A stretch of DNA of 52,135 nt from Gemmatimonadota bacterium (lineage in GTDB: Bacteria; Gemmatimonadota; Gemmatimonadetes; Gemmatimonadales; GWC2-71-9), in the NCBI GenBank assembly GCA_003221045.1, contig QHUC01000183.1, positions 1 through 52,135 on the forward strand. Reading direction: 5' to 3'. Shown piece after piece: positions 38,876 to 46,925 of this stretch (the stretch's first letter is position 1; every line of letters starts with the position of its first letter). The translations under genes were made by a program, and so were the position numbers. A model generated the notes under the pieces. The model ran no database searches. It saw only the letters and a program-made list of their open reading frames with translations, and had not been told where the DNA came from.

Positions 38876-40795
38876 TTAGGACAGGCGTCGCGCGGGCAGG
38901 ACCTGGTCGAAGGCGCTGAACTCGAAGGGCTTCGGCACGCACGGCCGCCCGGTGGAGGCGAGGAACCCGCGCACGCCGTCGTCCACCAGCTGTCCGGTCG
39001 TGAAGATCACGCGCTCCACGTACGACGGATCCCGGGCCTTGAGCTCCCCGAAGAGCTGCTCGCCCGAGAGGTCCGGCATCCGCATGTCGATGATCACGGC
39101 ATCGAAGGCGTCCTCGCGCATCCGCGCCAGGGCTTCCTTGCCACTGGCGGTCGTCTCCACCTCGTGGCCGCGGCTCGACAGGTAGCGTTGGAGTGCCACT
39201 CGGACCGAGGCCTCGTCGTCCACGACCAGCACGTGCAGGCGGTCGGTGACAGGCTGCGTGGCCGGCGTGCTCAGGAACTCGCCGGTCCCGCGCGGCGCCG
39301 CGATCGGCAGATCGATCACGAACCGAGCCCCGCCCTGCGGCGCGTTCTCCGCCCAGATGCGCCCTTCGTGCTCGCGCACGATGCCCAGGGAGATGGACAG
39401 CCCGAGTCCCGTGCCTGAGCCCGTCGGCTTCGTGGTGAAAAACGGGTTGAAGATCCGTTCAAGCAGGTTGGGCGGGATGCCGGGCCCCGTGTCTTCGACC
39501 TCGATTCGGATCAGCTCTCCCGCCCGGCGCGTGCGCACCGTGAGACGCTGTTGGTCCCGCTCCGCGCGCTCCATGGCCTGCTCGGCGTTCGTAATCAGGT
39601 TCAGGAACACCTGTTGCAGCTGGTGCGCGTCCGCCATGGTCTCGGGGACCTGCTCGTCATAGTCCCGCTGCACGTCGATGCCGCGGACGCGGAGCTCGTA
39701 CCCGCGCAGCTCGAGGGTGTCGTCGAGGACCTGGTTGACCGACGTCGGCGTCCGCTCCGGCTTATGCTGGCGCGCGAAAGTCAGGAGGTTCTGCACGATC
39801 CGGGACGCGCGCCGGGCCTCGGCGTAGATCATCTCGGCCGCCGTGCGCTGATCGGGCGGGAAGCGCTTCTCCGAGAGGAGCAGCTGGGCGAAGGCGGAGA
39901 TGCCTGCGAGCGGGTTATTGAGCTCGTGCGCCACGCCGGAAACGAGCTGCCCGATCGCCGACATCTTCTCAGACTGGATGAGCTGCTCCTGCAGCATTTT
40001 CTGATCGGTGACGTCGCGGATCACGCAGAGGACCTCCTCGTCCAGCTGCGGCGTCGAGTACGTCACCTGAATCGTGCGGACTTCGCCGTCCTTGCGGTAG
40101 AAGTTCGTCTCGAACAGCCCGGTTTCTCCCGAGAGCGCCTTCTGGAAGTGCCCCAGTCCCTTGGGCAGCTCGTCGTCCGGGAGCATAGGCGCGAACCATT
40201 GCCCGAGGAGCTCTTCACGGCGGTAGCCCGAGATGATCTCGGCGGCGTGGTTGAAGGTCGTGAACCGGCCGTTGGCGTCGAACGTCGCGATCGCATCCGA
40301 CGCCGACTCGAACAGGTTGCGATACCGGGCCTCCGAGCGCGCGAGCGTGTCCTGGGCCTGCTTTTGCTCCGTGATGTCGCGCAGGGTCGCGACCGTGCCG
40401 AGCAGCTCGCCTTCGAAGACGAGCGACGTCGTGGCTACCGCCACCACGCGCTCCTCCCCGTCTGCCCGGACGACCTTCGTCTCGTAGTGTTGTGCCTCGC
40501 CCTCGACGGCGCGATGCTCGCGCTCGGCCACGTGCTGGCGCTCGCTGAGCGCGACGAGATCGTCTATCGGCGTGCCGGCAAGATCGTCGAGCGGCCGCCC
40601 GAACAGCTCAGCCGCTGCCCGGTTGGCCGTCAACACCTGACGGTCGAGGCCCGTCACCACCACCGCGTCCGCGAGTGTGGCGACGATCTCCGCGGCCACG
40701 CGCAACGGGTCGACAGGCCGGCCGGTGACCGCCGCCTTGGAGGGTGCGGCAGGCCGCATCCCGCGCGTCGGCGATACGCGCCTACCCTTACTCAT
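38876..40795 (-). CDS. hybrid sensor histidine kinase (PAS-PAS-HisKA-HATPase-receiver), cytoplasmic
   Basis: Two PAS units, each ending in RDITEQK / RDVTDQK. H-box SGVAHELNNPL. Also N, G1 and G2 boxes (DTGPGI, GTGLGLS). C-terminal REC domain VLVVDDE...IIDMRMPDLSG. Confidence 0.9.
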   Translation of the reverse strand: MSKGRRVSPTRGMRPAAPSKAAVTGRPVDPLRVAAEIVATLADAVVVTGLDRQVLTANRAAAELFGRPLDDLAGTPIDDLVALSERQHVAEREHRAVEGEAQHYETKVVRADGEERVVAVATTSLVFEGELLGTVATLRDITEQKQAQDTLARSEARYRNLFESASDAIATFDANGRFTTFNHAAEIISGYRREELLGQWFAPMLPDDELPKGLGHFQKALSGETGLFETNFYRKDGEVRTIQVTYSTPQLDEEVLCVIRDVTDQKMLQEQLIQSEKMSAIGQLVSGVAHELNNPLAGISAFAQLLLSEKRFPPDQRTAAEMIYAEARRASRIVQNLLTFARQHKPERTPTSVNQVLDDTLELRGYELRVRGIDVQRDYDEQVPETMADAHQLQQVFLNLITNAEQAMERAERDQQRLTVRTRRAGELIRIEVEDTGPGIPPNLLERIFNPFFTTKPTGSGTGLGLSISLGIVREHEGRIWAENAPQGGARFVIDLPIAAPRGTGEFLSTPATQPVTDRLHVLVVDDEASVRVALQRYLSSRGHEVETTASGKEALARMREDAFDAVIIDMRMPDLSGEQLFGELKARDPSYVERVIFTTGQLVDDGVRGFLASTGRPCVPKPFEFSAFDQVLPARRLS

Positions 40796-41466
40796 GAGTC
40801 GTACGAAGCCACCATCGCATCCTTCATCAGGGCCAGGCTCTTCACAGCCGAGTCAGTCACCCCTCGGGGCGCCTCGCCCCGCTGGACGCAGCTCTTGATG
40901 ATCTCGAGCGCGTGAATCGGGTGCTCATCGTCGTACTTGGCGTGCTCCTCCAGCCACCAGCGGCCCCGCGGCCCGATCTTCTCGTTTTTGGCGAGCCCGC
41001 GGAGGGCCTTCTCGGAAATCTTTTGCGCCACGCCTTCCACGGCATAATTGGTCGCCGACACCGCCGCGCCAAAACTGGCGCCGCGGCACATCTCCGTCAG
41101 ATAGGCATGGAACGCCTTGACGTCGGGGATCATCGGCTCGGGGACGTGGAAGCGCTCCTTGGGGACGTTAAAGCCGTCGCCCATGGCGCGCCACATCGCG
41201 TCGTGACGCTTCTCCACCCGGATGTTGTCCCGGAAGAACGCCTTGCCGTCCTCCGGCGACCGATCGAGCAGCACCTGCAGCCACTGAGGGAAGTCCCGGA
41301 TGATCGGATAGAACCCCACGAGGAAGTTCTGGATCCGGCCATCGGCCAGTTGGTTCTCCGAGGCGTCCACAATCACGCGCGTGTCGAGGATCGCCTCGCG
41401 GCTCGGATCGAGCGCGGCATCCAGGTCGGCCACCCATTTGGGGTGGGGGGTCACCTGCACGGTCAT
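40792..41466 (-). CDS. heme-oxygenase-like fold protein (TenA/PqqC/CADD-type, putative di-iron enzyme)
   Basis: 224 aa, AAGGAG upstream of the start, all-helical sequence with carboxylate/His motifs VEKRHDAMW, NYAVEG, EEHAKYDDEHPIHA. Its TGA overlaps the kinase ATG (ATGA at 40792-40795). Confidence 0.55.
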   Translation of the reverse strand: MTVQVTPHPKWVADLDAALDPSREAILDTRVIVDASENQLADGRIQNFLVGFYPIIRDFPQWLQVLLDRSPEDGKAFFRDNIRVEKRHDAMWRAMGDGFNVPKERFHVPEPMIPDVKAFHAYLTEMCRGASFGAAVSATNYAVEGVAQKISEKALRGLAKNEKIGPRGRWWLEEHAKYDDEHPIHALEIIKSCVQRGEAPRGVTDSAVKSLALMKDAMVASYDS

Positions 41467-41614
41467 CGGGTCTCCTTCCAGGGCGCGAGCTACGTGATAA
41501 AAAAGGGCCTGGCGCGGGCTCCAAATGTAGCGCCGTGGCCCCTCTGCACAATTTCATGCGGCCTTGGAAGTTGTGCGACTGAAAGCCAATCGGCTGTGAG
41601 CACGGTTACGCCCG

Positions 41615-41642
41615 TTGACACGATATATCGTGCCGCTATATC
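41615..41642 (+). promoter_or_regulatory. sigma-70-like promoter with embedded palindromic operator upstream of the PadR gene
   Basis: TTGACA (41615-41620), 16 nt, TATATC (41637-41642). The perfect 14-bp palindrome CACGATATATCGTG (41619-41632) fills the spacer. Confidence 0.5.
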
Positions 41643-41673
41643 TTCACGTTACATCGTACATCAGGAGCCAACT

Positions 41674-42246
41674 ATGTCGAGGGAGTTCAGCTGGGATCGG
41701 TTCGCGTTCGGCTTCGGCCCCCGGGGGTTCTTCTGGGCCGGACCGCGCGGGCGTCGGCGCCGCTGGTTCGAGTCGGGCGACATGAAGTACGTCATCCTCA
41801 AGCTCCTCAAGGATAAGCCACGGCACGGCTACGAGGTCATGAAGGAGCTGCAGGAGCAGCTGCACGGCTGCTATTCCCCATCGCCGGGCACCGTCTACCC
41901 CACGCTGCAGTGGCTGGAAGACGAGGGCCTCGTGGTGGCGAAGGATGTCGAGGGCAAGAAGGTATACGAGATCACGGACGCGGGACGGCGGTTTCTCGAG
42001 GAGCATCGCGACGTGGTGGATGACATTTTCGATCGCGTGCGCGACGCCGTGGACCGCACGCTGGGCGGCGGGATGGCGGACGTCAACCGCTCGTTGGGAC
42101 GTCTGCTGAAAGCCGTGTACCGCACCGGATGGCGCGTTCGCGACCAGGCCGCACGCGAGCACCTCGTCGGGATCCTCGACCGCGCGCTGAGCGAGGTGGA
42201 AACGGTGACCGAGGCCGCGCGCTCGACCGGCACGGCGGGCTCATGA
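41674..42246 (+). CDS. PadR family transcriptional regulator
   Basis: The ATG at 41674 follows AGGAG. Winged-helix signature YVILKLLKDKPRHGYEVMKEL...SPGTVYPTLQWLEDEGLV. Confidence 0.88.
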   Translation: MSREFSWDRFAFGFGPRGFFWAGPRGRRRRWFESGDMKYVILKLLKDKPRHGYEVMKELQEQLHGCYSPSPGTVYPTLQWLEDEGLVVAKDVEGKKVYEITDAGRRFLEEHRDVVDDIFDRVRDAVDRTLGGGMADVNRSLGRLLKAVYRTGWRVRDQAAREHLVGILDRALSEVETVTEAARSTGTAGS

Positions 42247-42834
42247 CGGGGCGTTGAGCTCCGCCTGGTGCTCGATGATCCTGCCTACCAGACCGTAGCG
42301 GCGCGCCTCTTCGGCGGTCAGCCAAAAGTTGCGCCGGGTATCTTCCTCGATCCGCTCGAGGGGCTGCCCGGTCTGCTGGGCGAATACGCGATTGAGTCGG
42401 TCGCGGATCTTCAGGATCTCGCGGGCCTCGATCTCGATATCGCTGGCGGAGCCGCCCGCGCCGCCCGCCGGCTGGTGGAGCAGGAATCGGGTGTTCGGTA
42501 GGCAGTAGCGGTCCTCGCGGGGGACCGCGACGTAGATCAGGGCGGCGATACTCGCCACCCAGCCCGTCCCCACCATGCGGACCCGGGGACTCAAGAATCG
42601 CACCAGATCGTGTATCGTGTCTCCCGCCTCGACGTGCCCGCCCTGGGAGTTGATGAACACCGTGATGTCGTCGCTCGACTCGCCGGCCAGTGCCAGGAGC
42701 TGGGCCATGACGTTCGCGGCGACTCGTTGGGTGACCTCGCCGCTGATGATCACGGTCCGGGCGCGGAACAGCCGCTCGGCGACCAGGTTGTACTGAGGCG
42801 CGACGGATGGCTCGAGGGGCGGCAGCTCTTCCAT
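42241..42834 (-). CDS. clpP: ClpP-family protease subunit, paralogue with Ser-His-Asn
   Basis: In-frame ATG at 42834 (197 aa). Motifs: FINSQGGHVEAG, GWVASIAAL (Ser), LLHQP (His). Where E. coli has ERDRF (Asp171) this protein has RRNFW. Confidence 0.8.
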   Translation of the reverse strand: MEELPPLEPSVAPQYNLVAERLFRARTVIISGEVTQRVAANVMAQLLALAGESSDDITVFINSQGGHVEAGDTIHDLVRFLSPRVRMVGTGWVASIAALIYVAVPREDRYCLPNTRFLLHQPAGGAGGSASDIEIEAREILKIRDRLNRVFAQQTGQPLERIEEDTRRNFWLTAEEARRYGLVGRIIEHQAELNAPS

Positions 42835-42854
42835 GGGGACTCCGCGGTTCGGAC

Positions 42855-43865
42855 TTACGTAGTAGTGTTCCGGCGACGCGCGAGTTCCGTCAGCGCCCGC
42901 GTCACGTACACGCGCGTCATCTGCTTCCGCCAGGAGAGATCGAAGTCCGTATTGTCCATGGGTTTCGCCGGGCGGTACGCTGCGTCGGCCGCCGCCGCGA
43001 TCGCCTCCGTGGAGAGCGTCTGACCGCGCAACACGGCAGCCGCCTCGGGAACCTCCTGCGGATGGCTCGCCACGCCCCCGAGCACGACCCGCGCGTCGGC
43101 CACCGTGCTCCTCTCCCACCGCACCCATGCGGCGACGCCGAGAACGGGGAAGTCGAAGGAGCCGCGACGGCGCAGCTTGTGATACACGGCATCCCAATCG
43201 GAGGCCGGGGAGGCGGCGGGAGGAAGCCGCACTTCGACGAGCACTTCGTCGGGCTGCTTCGTGAGATAGTTGATACCGTCGTTGTGGTAGAATCGCGCCG
43301 CAGGCACGACTCGCTCGCCGGCCGGCCCGGCCAGCAGGAAGTCCGCGCCGAGCGCGACCATGACCGGTGCTAAGTCGGAGGAAGTCACCGCCCAGCAGCG
43401 CGGGGACGAGGGCGCCACCCAGCAGATGTGGCCGTCCTTTTTCATGCAGAAGTCGATCGCTTTGCGCCACTCGTAGGTCTGGTCGTAGTAGTTGCACCGC
43501 GTGTCGAGGCAGAGGTTCCCACCCAGCGTCCCCATATTGCGGAGCAGCGGCGTACTGACCAGTCCGGCGGCCATCGCAACGGCTGAATAACCCTCGCGGA
43601 TGTGGGGGTTGGTGTGGAGCGCCGTCAGCGTGAGACACGCCCCGAGCGGTACCGCTCCCCGCTCCCCGCTCTCGGTCCCTCGCAGTTCCCGAATTCCCAT
43701 GAGCGAGATGACGGTTCTCGGCTCCTGCTGGCGCCGCTTCATGTTCGGATACAGGTCTGTCCCGCCGGCGACGTAACTCGCGTCGGGCCCGGCGTCGGCC
43801 TTCATCGCGAAGAGCTCGTTGAGGGTTCGCGGCTGCCGGTAGGTGAACGACGGCAGTCTGAGCAT
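42855..43865 (-). CDS. FAD-binding medium subunit of an XDH/CODH-family molybdoenzyme, with Cys-rich insertion
   Basis: In-frame ATG at 43865 (MLRLPSFTYRQPRTL..YVAGGTDLYPNMK). The 336-aa length is longer than usual. Insertion: GGNLCLDTRCNYYDQTYEWRKAIDFCMKKDGHICWVAPSSPRCWA. Confidence 0.85.
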   Translation of the reverse strand: MLRLPSFTYRQPRTLNELFAMKADAGPDASYVAGGTDLYPNMKRRQQEPRTVISLMGIRELRGTESGERGAVPLGACLTLTALHTNPHIREGYSAVAMAAGLVSTPLLRNMGTLGGNLCLDTRCNYYDQTYEWRKAIDFCMKKDGHICWVAPSSPRCWAVTSSDLAPVMVALGADFLLAGPAGERVVPAARFYHNDGINYLTKQPDEVLVEVRLPPAASPASDWDAVYHKLRRRGSFDFPVLGVAAWVRWERSTVADARVVLGGVASHPQEVPEAAAVLRGQTLSTEAIAAAADAAYRPAKPMDNTDFDLSWRKQMTRVYVTRALTELARRRNTTT

Positions 43866-46342
43866 CAGGGTCTTGCCGCCTCTGCCGCCCGTTGCCGCCC
43901 CTTCCCGCCTTCTACGGCGCCACCATCCCCCCCCTCCCAGGGCGGTGGCACGCGGGTCGGCTCGGGCCAAGGGATGTCGGGGAAGTGCGTGGGCCCGAAA
44001 CGCGGCTCTTCGCCCTTCTCCTTGCGCCGCAGCGCCTTGAACACCTTCTCCGGCGTAATCGGCACCTCGTCGATGCGCACGCCGACGGCGTCGTATACGG
44101 CGTTCGCCACCGCCGGCGGAACCGGCAGCAGCGGGCCCTGACCGCACTCCTTGGCGCCGAACGGCCCGTTCGGGTCGGGGTCCTCCACCACGTACGTCAC
44201 GACATCGCACATCTCCAAGGTGGTGGGGCTCTTGTACTCGAGCAGGCTGGGAATCTTGTGGACGACCTTGCGGTTGCCGCGGTACGCCATTTCCTCCATG
44301 AGCGCTTCGCCCAGCCCCATATAGACGGATCCCTCGATCTGTCCCATCACGCTCGCGGCGTTAATCACGCGCCCGACGTCGTGCGCGATCCAGATCTTCG
44401 GCACGCGCACGATGCCGGTCGCGGGATCCACGTCCACCAGGGCGACGCAGGCGCTGTACGAGTACGCGGGCGACGGCCCCACGCCGGCGCCGCGATATCG
44501 ACCGGGCGAGCGGGGCGGCGTGTAGGACCCGACCGTTCCGACGGTGCCCTCCGCGGCTTCCGCCAGGTGCACCGCTTCCGCGAATCCGAGTCCATGCTCG
44601 GGCTGCTCGACGTCGAACACGCGTCCGTCCGCGAAGGCGAGGCGCCCCTCCGGCACCTCGAGCTTGCGGGCGACGTGCGGCGCAATGAGGTCCCGGGCGC
44701 GCTCCGCCGCCTGAATGGCCGCGTTTCCGGTCATGAGCGTCACGCGGCTGGAATAGCTCCCCAGGTCCACCGGCGTGAGGTCGGTGTCGCCGGTGACCAC
44801 GGCGATATGTGCCGGGTCGAGCCCCAGCACTTCGGCCACGATCATCGCGAGTATCGAATCCGAGCCCTGTCCGATTTCCGTGGAACCGCAGAACACGGTG
44901 ACACCACCACCGCGGTCACATTTCAGCTGCACGCCCGAGTGCGGCATCGCATTCCAATAGATCGGCAGGCCGGCGCCGGTGATATAGGAGGAGCACGCGA
45001 GTCCGATGCCCTGTCCGTGCGGCAGCTGTTTGAACCGGCGCTTCCAATCCGAGCCACTCACGACCTTCTCGATGCAGCGCCCCAAGCCCATTGTCCCGAT
45101 GCGGAGCCAGTTGGCGGTGACTGAGTGGGGCGGGACGAGGTGCTTGAGACGGAGGTCCGCCGGATCCATGCGCAGCTGCTCGGCGAGCTTGTCGATGTGG
45201 ACTTCGAGCGCGAAGCGCGGCTGCGGCGTGCCGTGCCCGCGTTTCGGGCCGCACGGCGGCTTGTTCGTGAATGCGCGTGCGCCTTGGAACTTGTAGCGTG
45301 GAACGGGATACGTGACCGTCTGCAGCGCGCCGGTATAGTAGGTGCTCGCGACGCCGTACGACCCATAGCCCCCGCCGTCCAGCAGCGACTTGAAGTGCAT
45401 GCCCGTGATCGCCCCGTCCTGTTTCACGCCCGTTTTCACCCACATGAGCGTGGGATGGCGCCCCCGGTGGCAGTAGAACACCTCTTCGCGCGTGAGCGTG
45501 ATCTTGATCGGCCGGCCCGTGACCATCGCGAGCTTGGCGACGACGATCTCATGGCTGAAGGGGTCGCTCTTGCCGCCGAAGCCCCCGCCGTTGGGGCAGG
45601 CGATCACGCGGATCCGAGCCGGCGAGAGCTCGAGCACCTTCGCGAGCGCTCGATGCACGTAGTGCGGCGTCTGTGTCGAGCTCCACACGGTGAGCCTCCC
45701 CCCGGGAGGGGGGGACCAATCGGCGGCGGCCGCGTGCTGCTCCATGGGCAGATGCGTGTTTCCCTCGAAGAAGAACAGGTCCTCGCGGACCAGGTCCGCA
45801 TCGCGGAAACCCGCGTCGACATCGCCGAACTCGAGATCGATCAGCTTGTGAATGTTGCCGGCGTCGGCGTAGTCGTGGATCGCGGGGTCGGCATGCTCCA
45901 CGGCATCGATCGCATTGGGGAACGCCCGCAACGGCTCGTACTCCACCCGGATCAGATCGAGCGCCTGGGTGGCGATCTCTTCGGTGGTCGCCGCGACCGC
46001 GGCGACGGGGTCGCCAACGAACCGCACCTTGTCGAGCGCCAACGCGTGCTCGTCCTGGCTTACCGGGAGAATCCCGAACGGAATGGGGAGGTCCGGCCCC
46101 GTGAGGACGGCCTTGACGCCCGGGAGCGACCGGGCCGCCGAAGGGTCGATCGAGACGATCCGGGCGTGGGGATGAGGACTCCGGAGCAGCTTGGCGTAGA
46201 GCATGCGCGGCAGGAAGAGATCGTCCGCAAAACGCGTCGCGCCTGTCACCTTCGAGGTGGCGTCGACCTTCCTGAGCGCGCGGCCGACGACGCGAAGTTC
46301 GGAAGGACGTCGCTCCGTGGCCGTTTTCTTACTCGTACCCAT
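43865..46342 (-). CDS. molybdopterin-binding large subunit (xanthine dehydrogenase / aldehyde oxidase family)
   Basis: In-frame ATG at 46342 (MGTSKK..VVGRALRKVDATSKVTGATRFADD). Motifs: GGGFGGK, LPVSQDEHALALDKVRFVGDPVAAV. C-terminal Gly/Pro-rich extension. Confidence 0.9.
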   Translation of the reverse strand: MGTSKKTATERRPSELRVVGRALRKVDATSKVTGATRFADDLFLPRMLYAKLLRSPHPHARIVSIDPSAARSLPGVKAVLTGPDLPIPFGILPVSQDEHALALDKVRFVGDPVAAVAATTEEIATQALDLIRVEYEPLRAFPNAIDAVEHADPAIHDYADAGNIHKLIDLEFGDVDAGFRDADLVREDLFFFEGNTHLPMEQHAAAADWSPPPGGRLTVWSSTQTPHYVHRALAKVLELSPARIRVIACPNGGGFGGKSDPFSHEIVVAKLAMVTGRPIKITLTREEVFYCHRGRHPTLMWVKTGVKQDGAITGMHFKSLLDGGGYGSYGVASTYYTGALQTVTYPVPRYKFQGARAFTNKPPCGPKRGHGTPQPRFALEVHIDKLAEQLRMDPADLRLKHLVPPHSVTANWLRIGTMGLGRCIEKVVSGSDWKRRFKQLPHGQGIGLACSSYITGAGLPIYWNAMPHSGVQLKCDRGGGVTVFCGSTEIGQGSDSILAMIVAEVLGLDPAHIAVVTGDTDLTPVDLGSYSSRVTLMTGNAAIQAAERARDLIAPHVARKLEVPEGRLAFADGRVFDVEQPEHGLGFAEAVHLAEAAEGTVGTVGSYTPPRSPGRYRGAGVGPSPAYSYSACVALVDVDPATGIVRVPKIWIAHDVGRVINAASVMGQIEGSVYMGLGEALMEEMAYRGNRKVVHKIPSLLEYKSPTTLEMCDVVTYVVEDPDPNGPFGAKECGQGPLLPVPPAVANAVYDAVGVRIDEVPITPEKVFKALRRKEKGEEPRFGPTHFPDIPWPEPTRVPPPWEGGDGGAVEGGKGRQRAAEAARP

Positions 46343-46850
46343 ACAGGCTCTCCGCCGCGGGGCTCGCGTCCTCGCCACGCATCCGCGCCGCCGCGAGCTC
46401 CACCGCTTCGTAGATCTTGATGTAGCCGGTGCAGCGGCACAGGTTGCCCGCGAGGGCGTCCTTGATGACGTCGCGCGAGGGGCTGGCGTTGGCCGCGAGC
46501 AGCGCCTCCGACGCCAGCAGGAACGCTGGCGTGCAGTAGCCGCACTGGGCCGCGCCCAGCTCGGCGAACGCCTCCTGGAGCGGATGTAGTGTGCCGCGAT
46601 CGGCCATCCCCTCGACCGTCTTCACGCGGCGCCCGGCACAGGCGAGGCCGAGCACCAGGCAGGACAGCACGGGTGTTCCGTCGAGCAACACCGTGCAGGT
46701 GCCGCATTCCCCGAGCTCACAGCCGTGTTTGGTGCCCGTGAGCCCCAGGTCCTCCCGCAGCACCTCGAGCAGCGTCTTGTGCGGCGCGAACGCCACCTCG
46801 ACTGGCTCTTCGTTCACCTCGAGAGCAATCGTCGTCTTGGAGTCGTGCAT
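46329..46850 (-). CDS. [2Fe-2S]-binding small subunit of the molybdoenzyme
   Basis: In-frame ATG at 46850. Motifs: GCELGECGTCTV..SC and QCGYCTPAF...NLCRCTGY. Confidence 0.92.
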   Translation of the reverse strand: MHDSKTTIALEVNEEPVEVAFAPHKTLLEVLREDLGLTGTKHGCELGECGTCTVLLDGTPVLSCLVLGLACAGRRVKTVEGMADRGTLHPLQEAFAELGAAQCGYCTPAFLLASEALLAANASPSRDVIKDALAGNLCRCTGYIKIYEAVELAAARMRGEDASPAAESLYGYE

Positions 46851-46925
46851 GGGGATGACCGTAATCTTGATAAGCGGCAGGGCCGGCGCCAGCTTTCGTG
46901 CCCGAACTCTCACGGCGGAGCAGCG

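Noticed and set aside
42835-43638. N-terminal 268 codons of the 465-aa ORF that contains clpP.
   Set aside because: It overlaps the FAD-subunit gene in another frame and is Arg/Gly-rich. The ClpP homology starts at the internal ATG at 42834.
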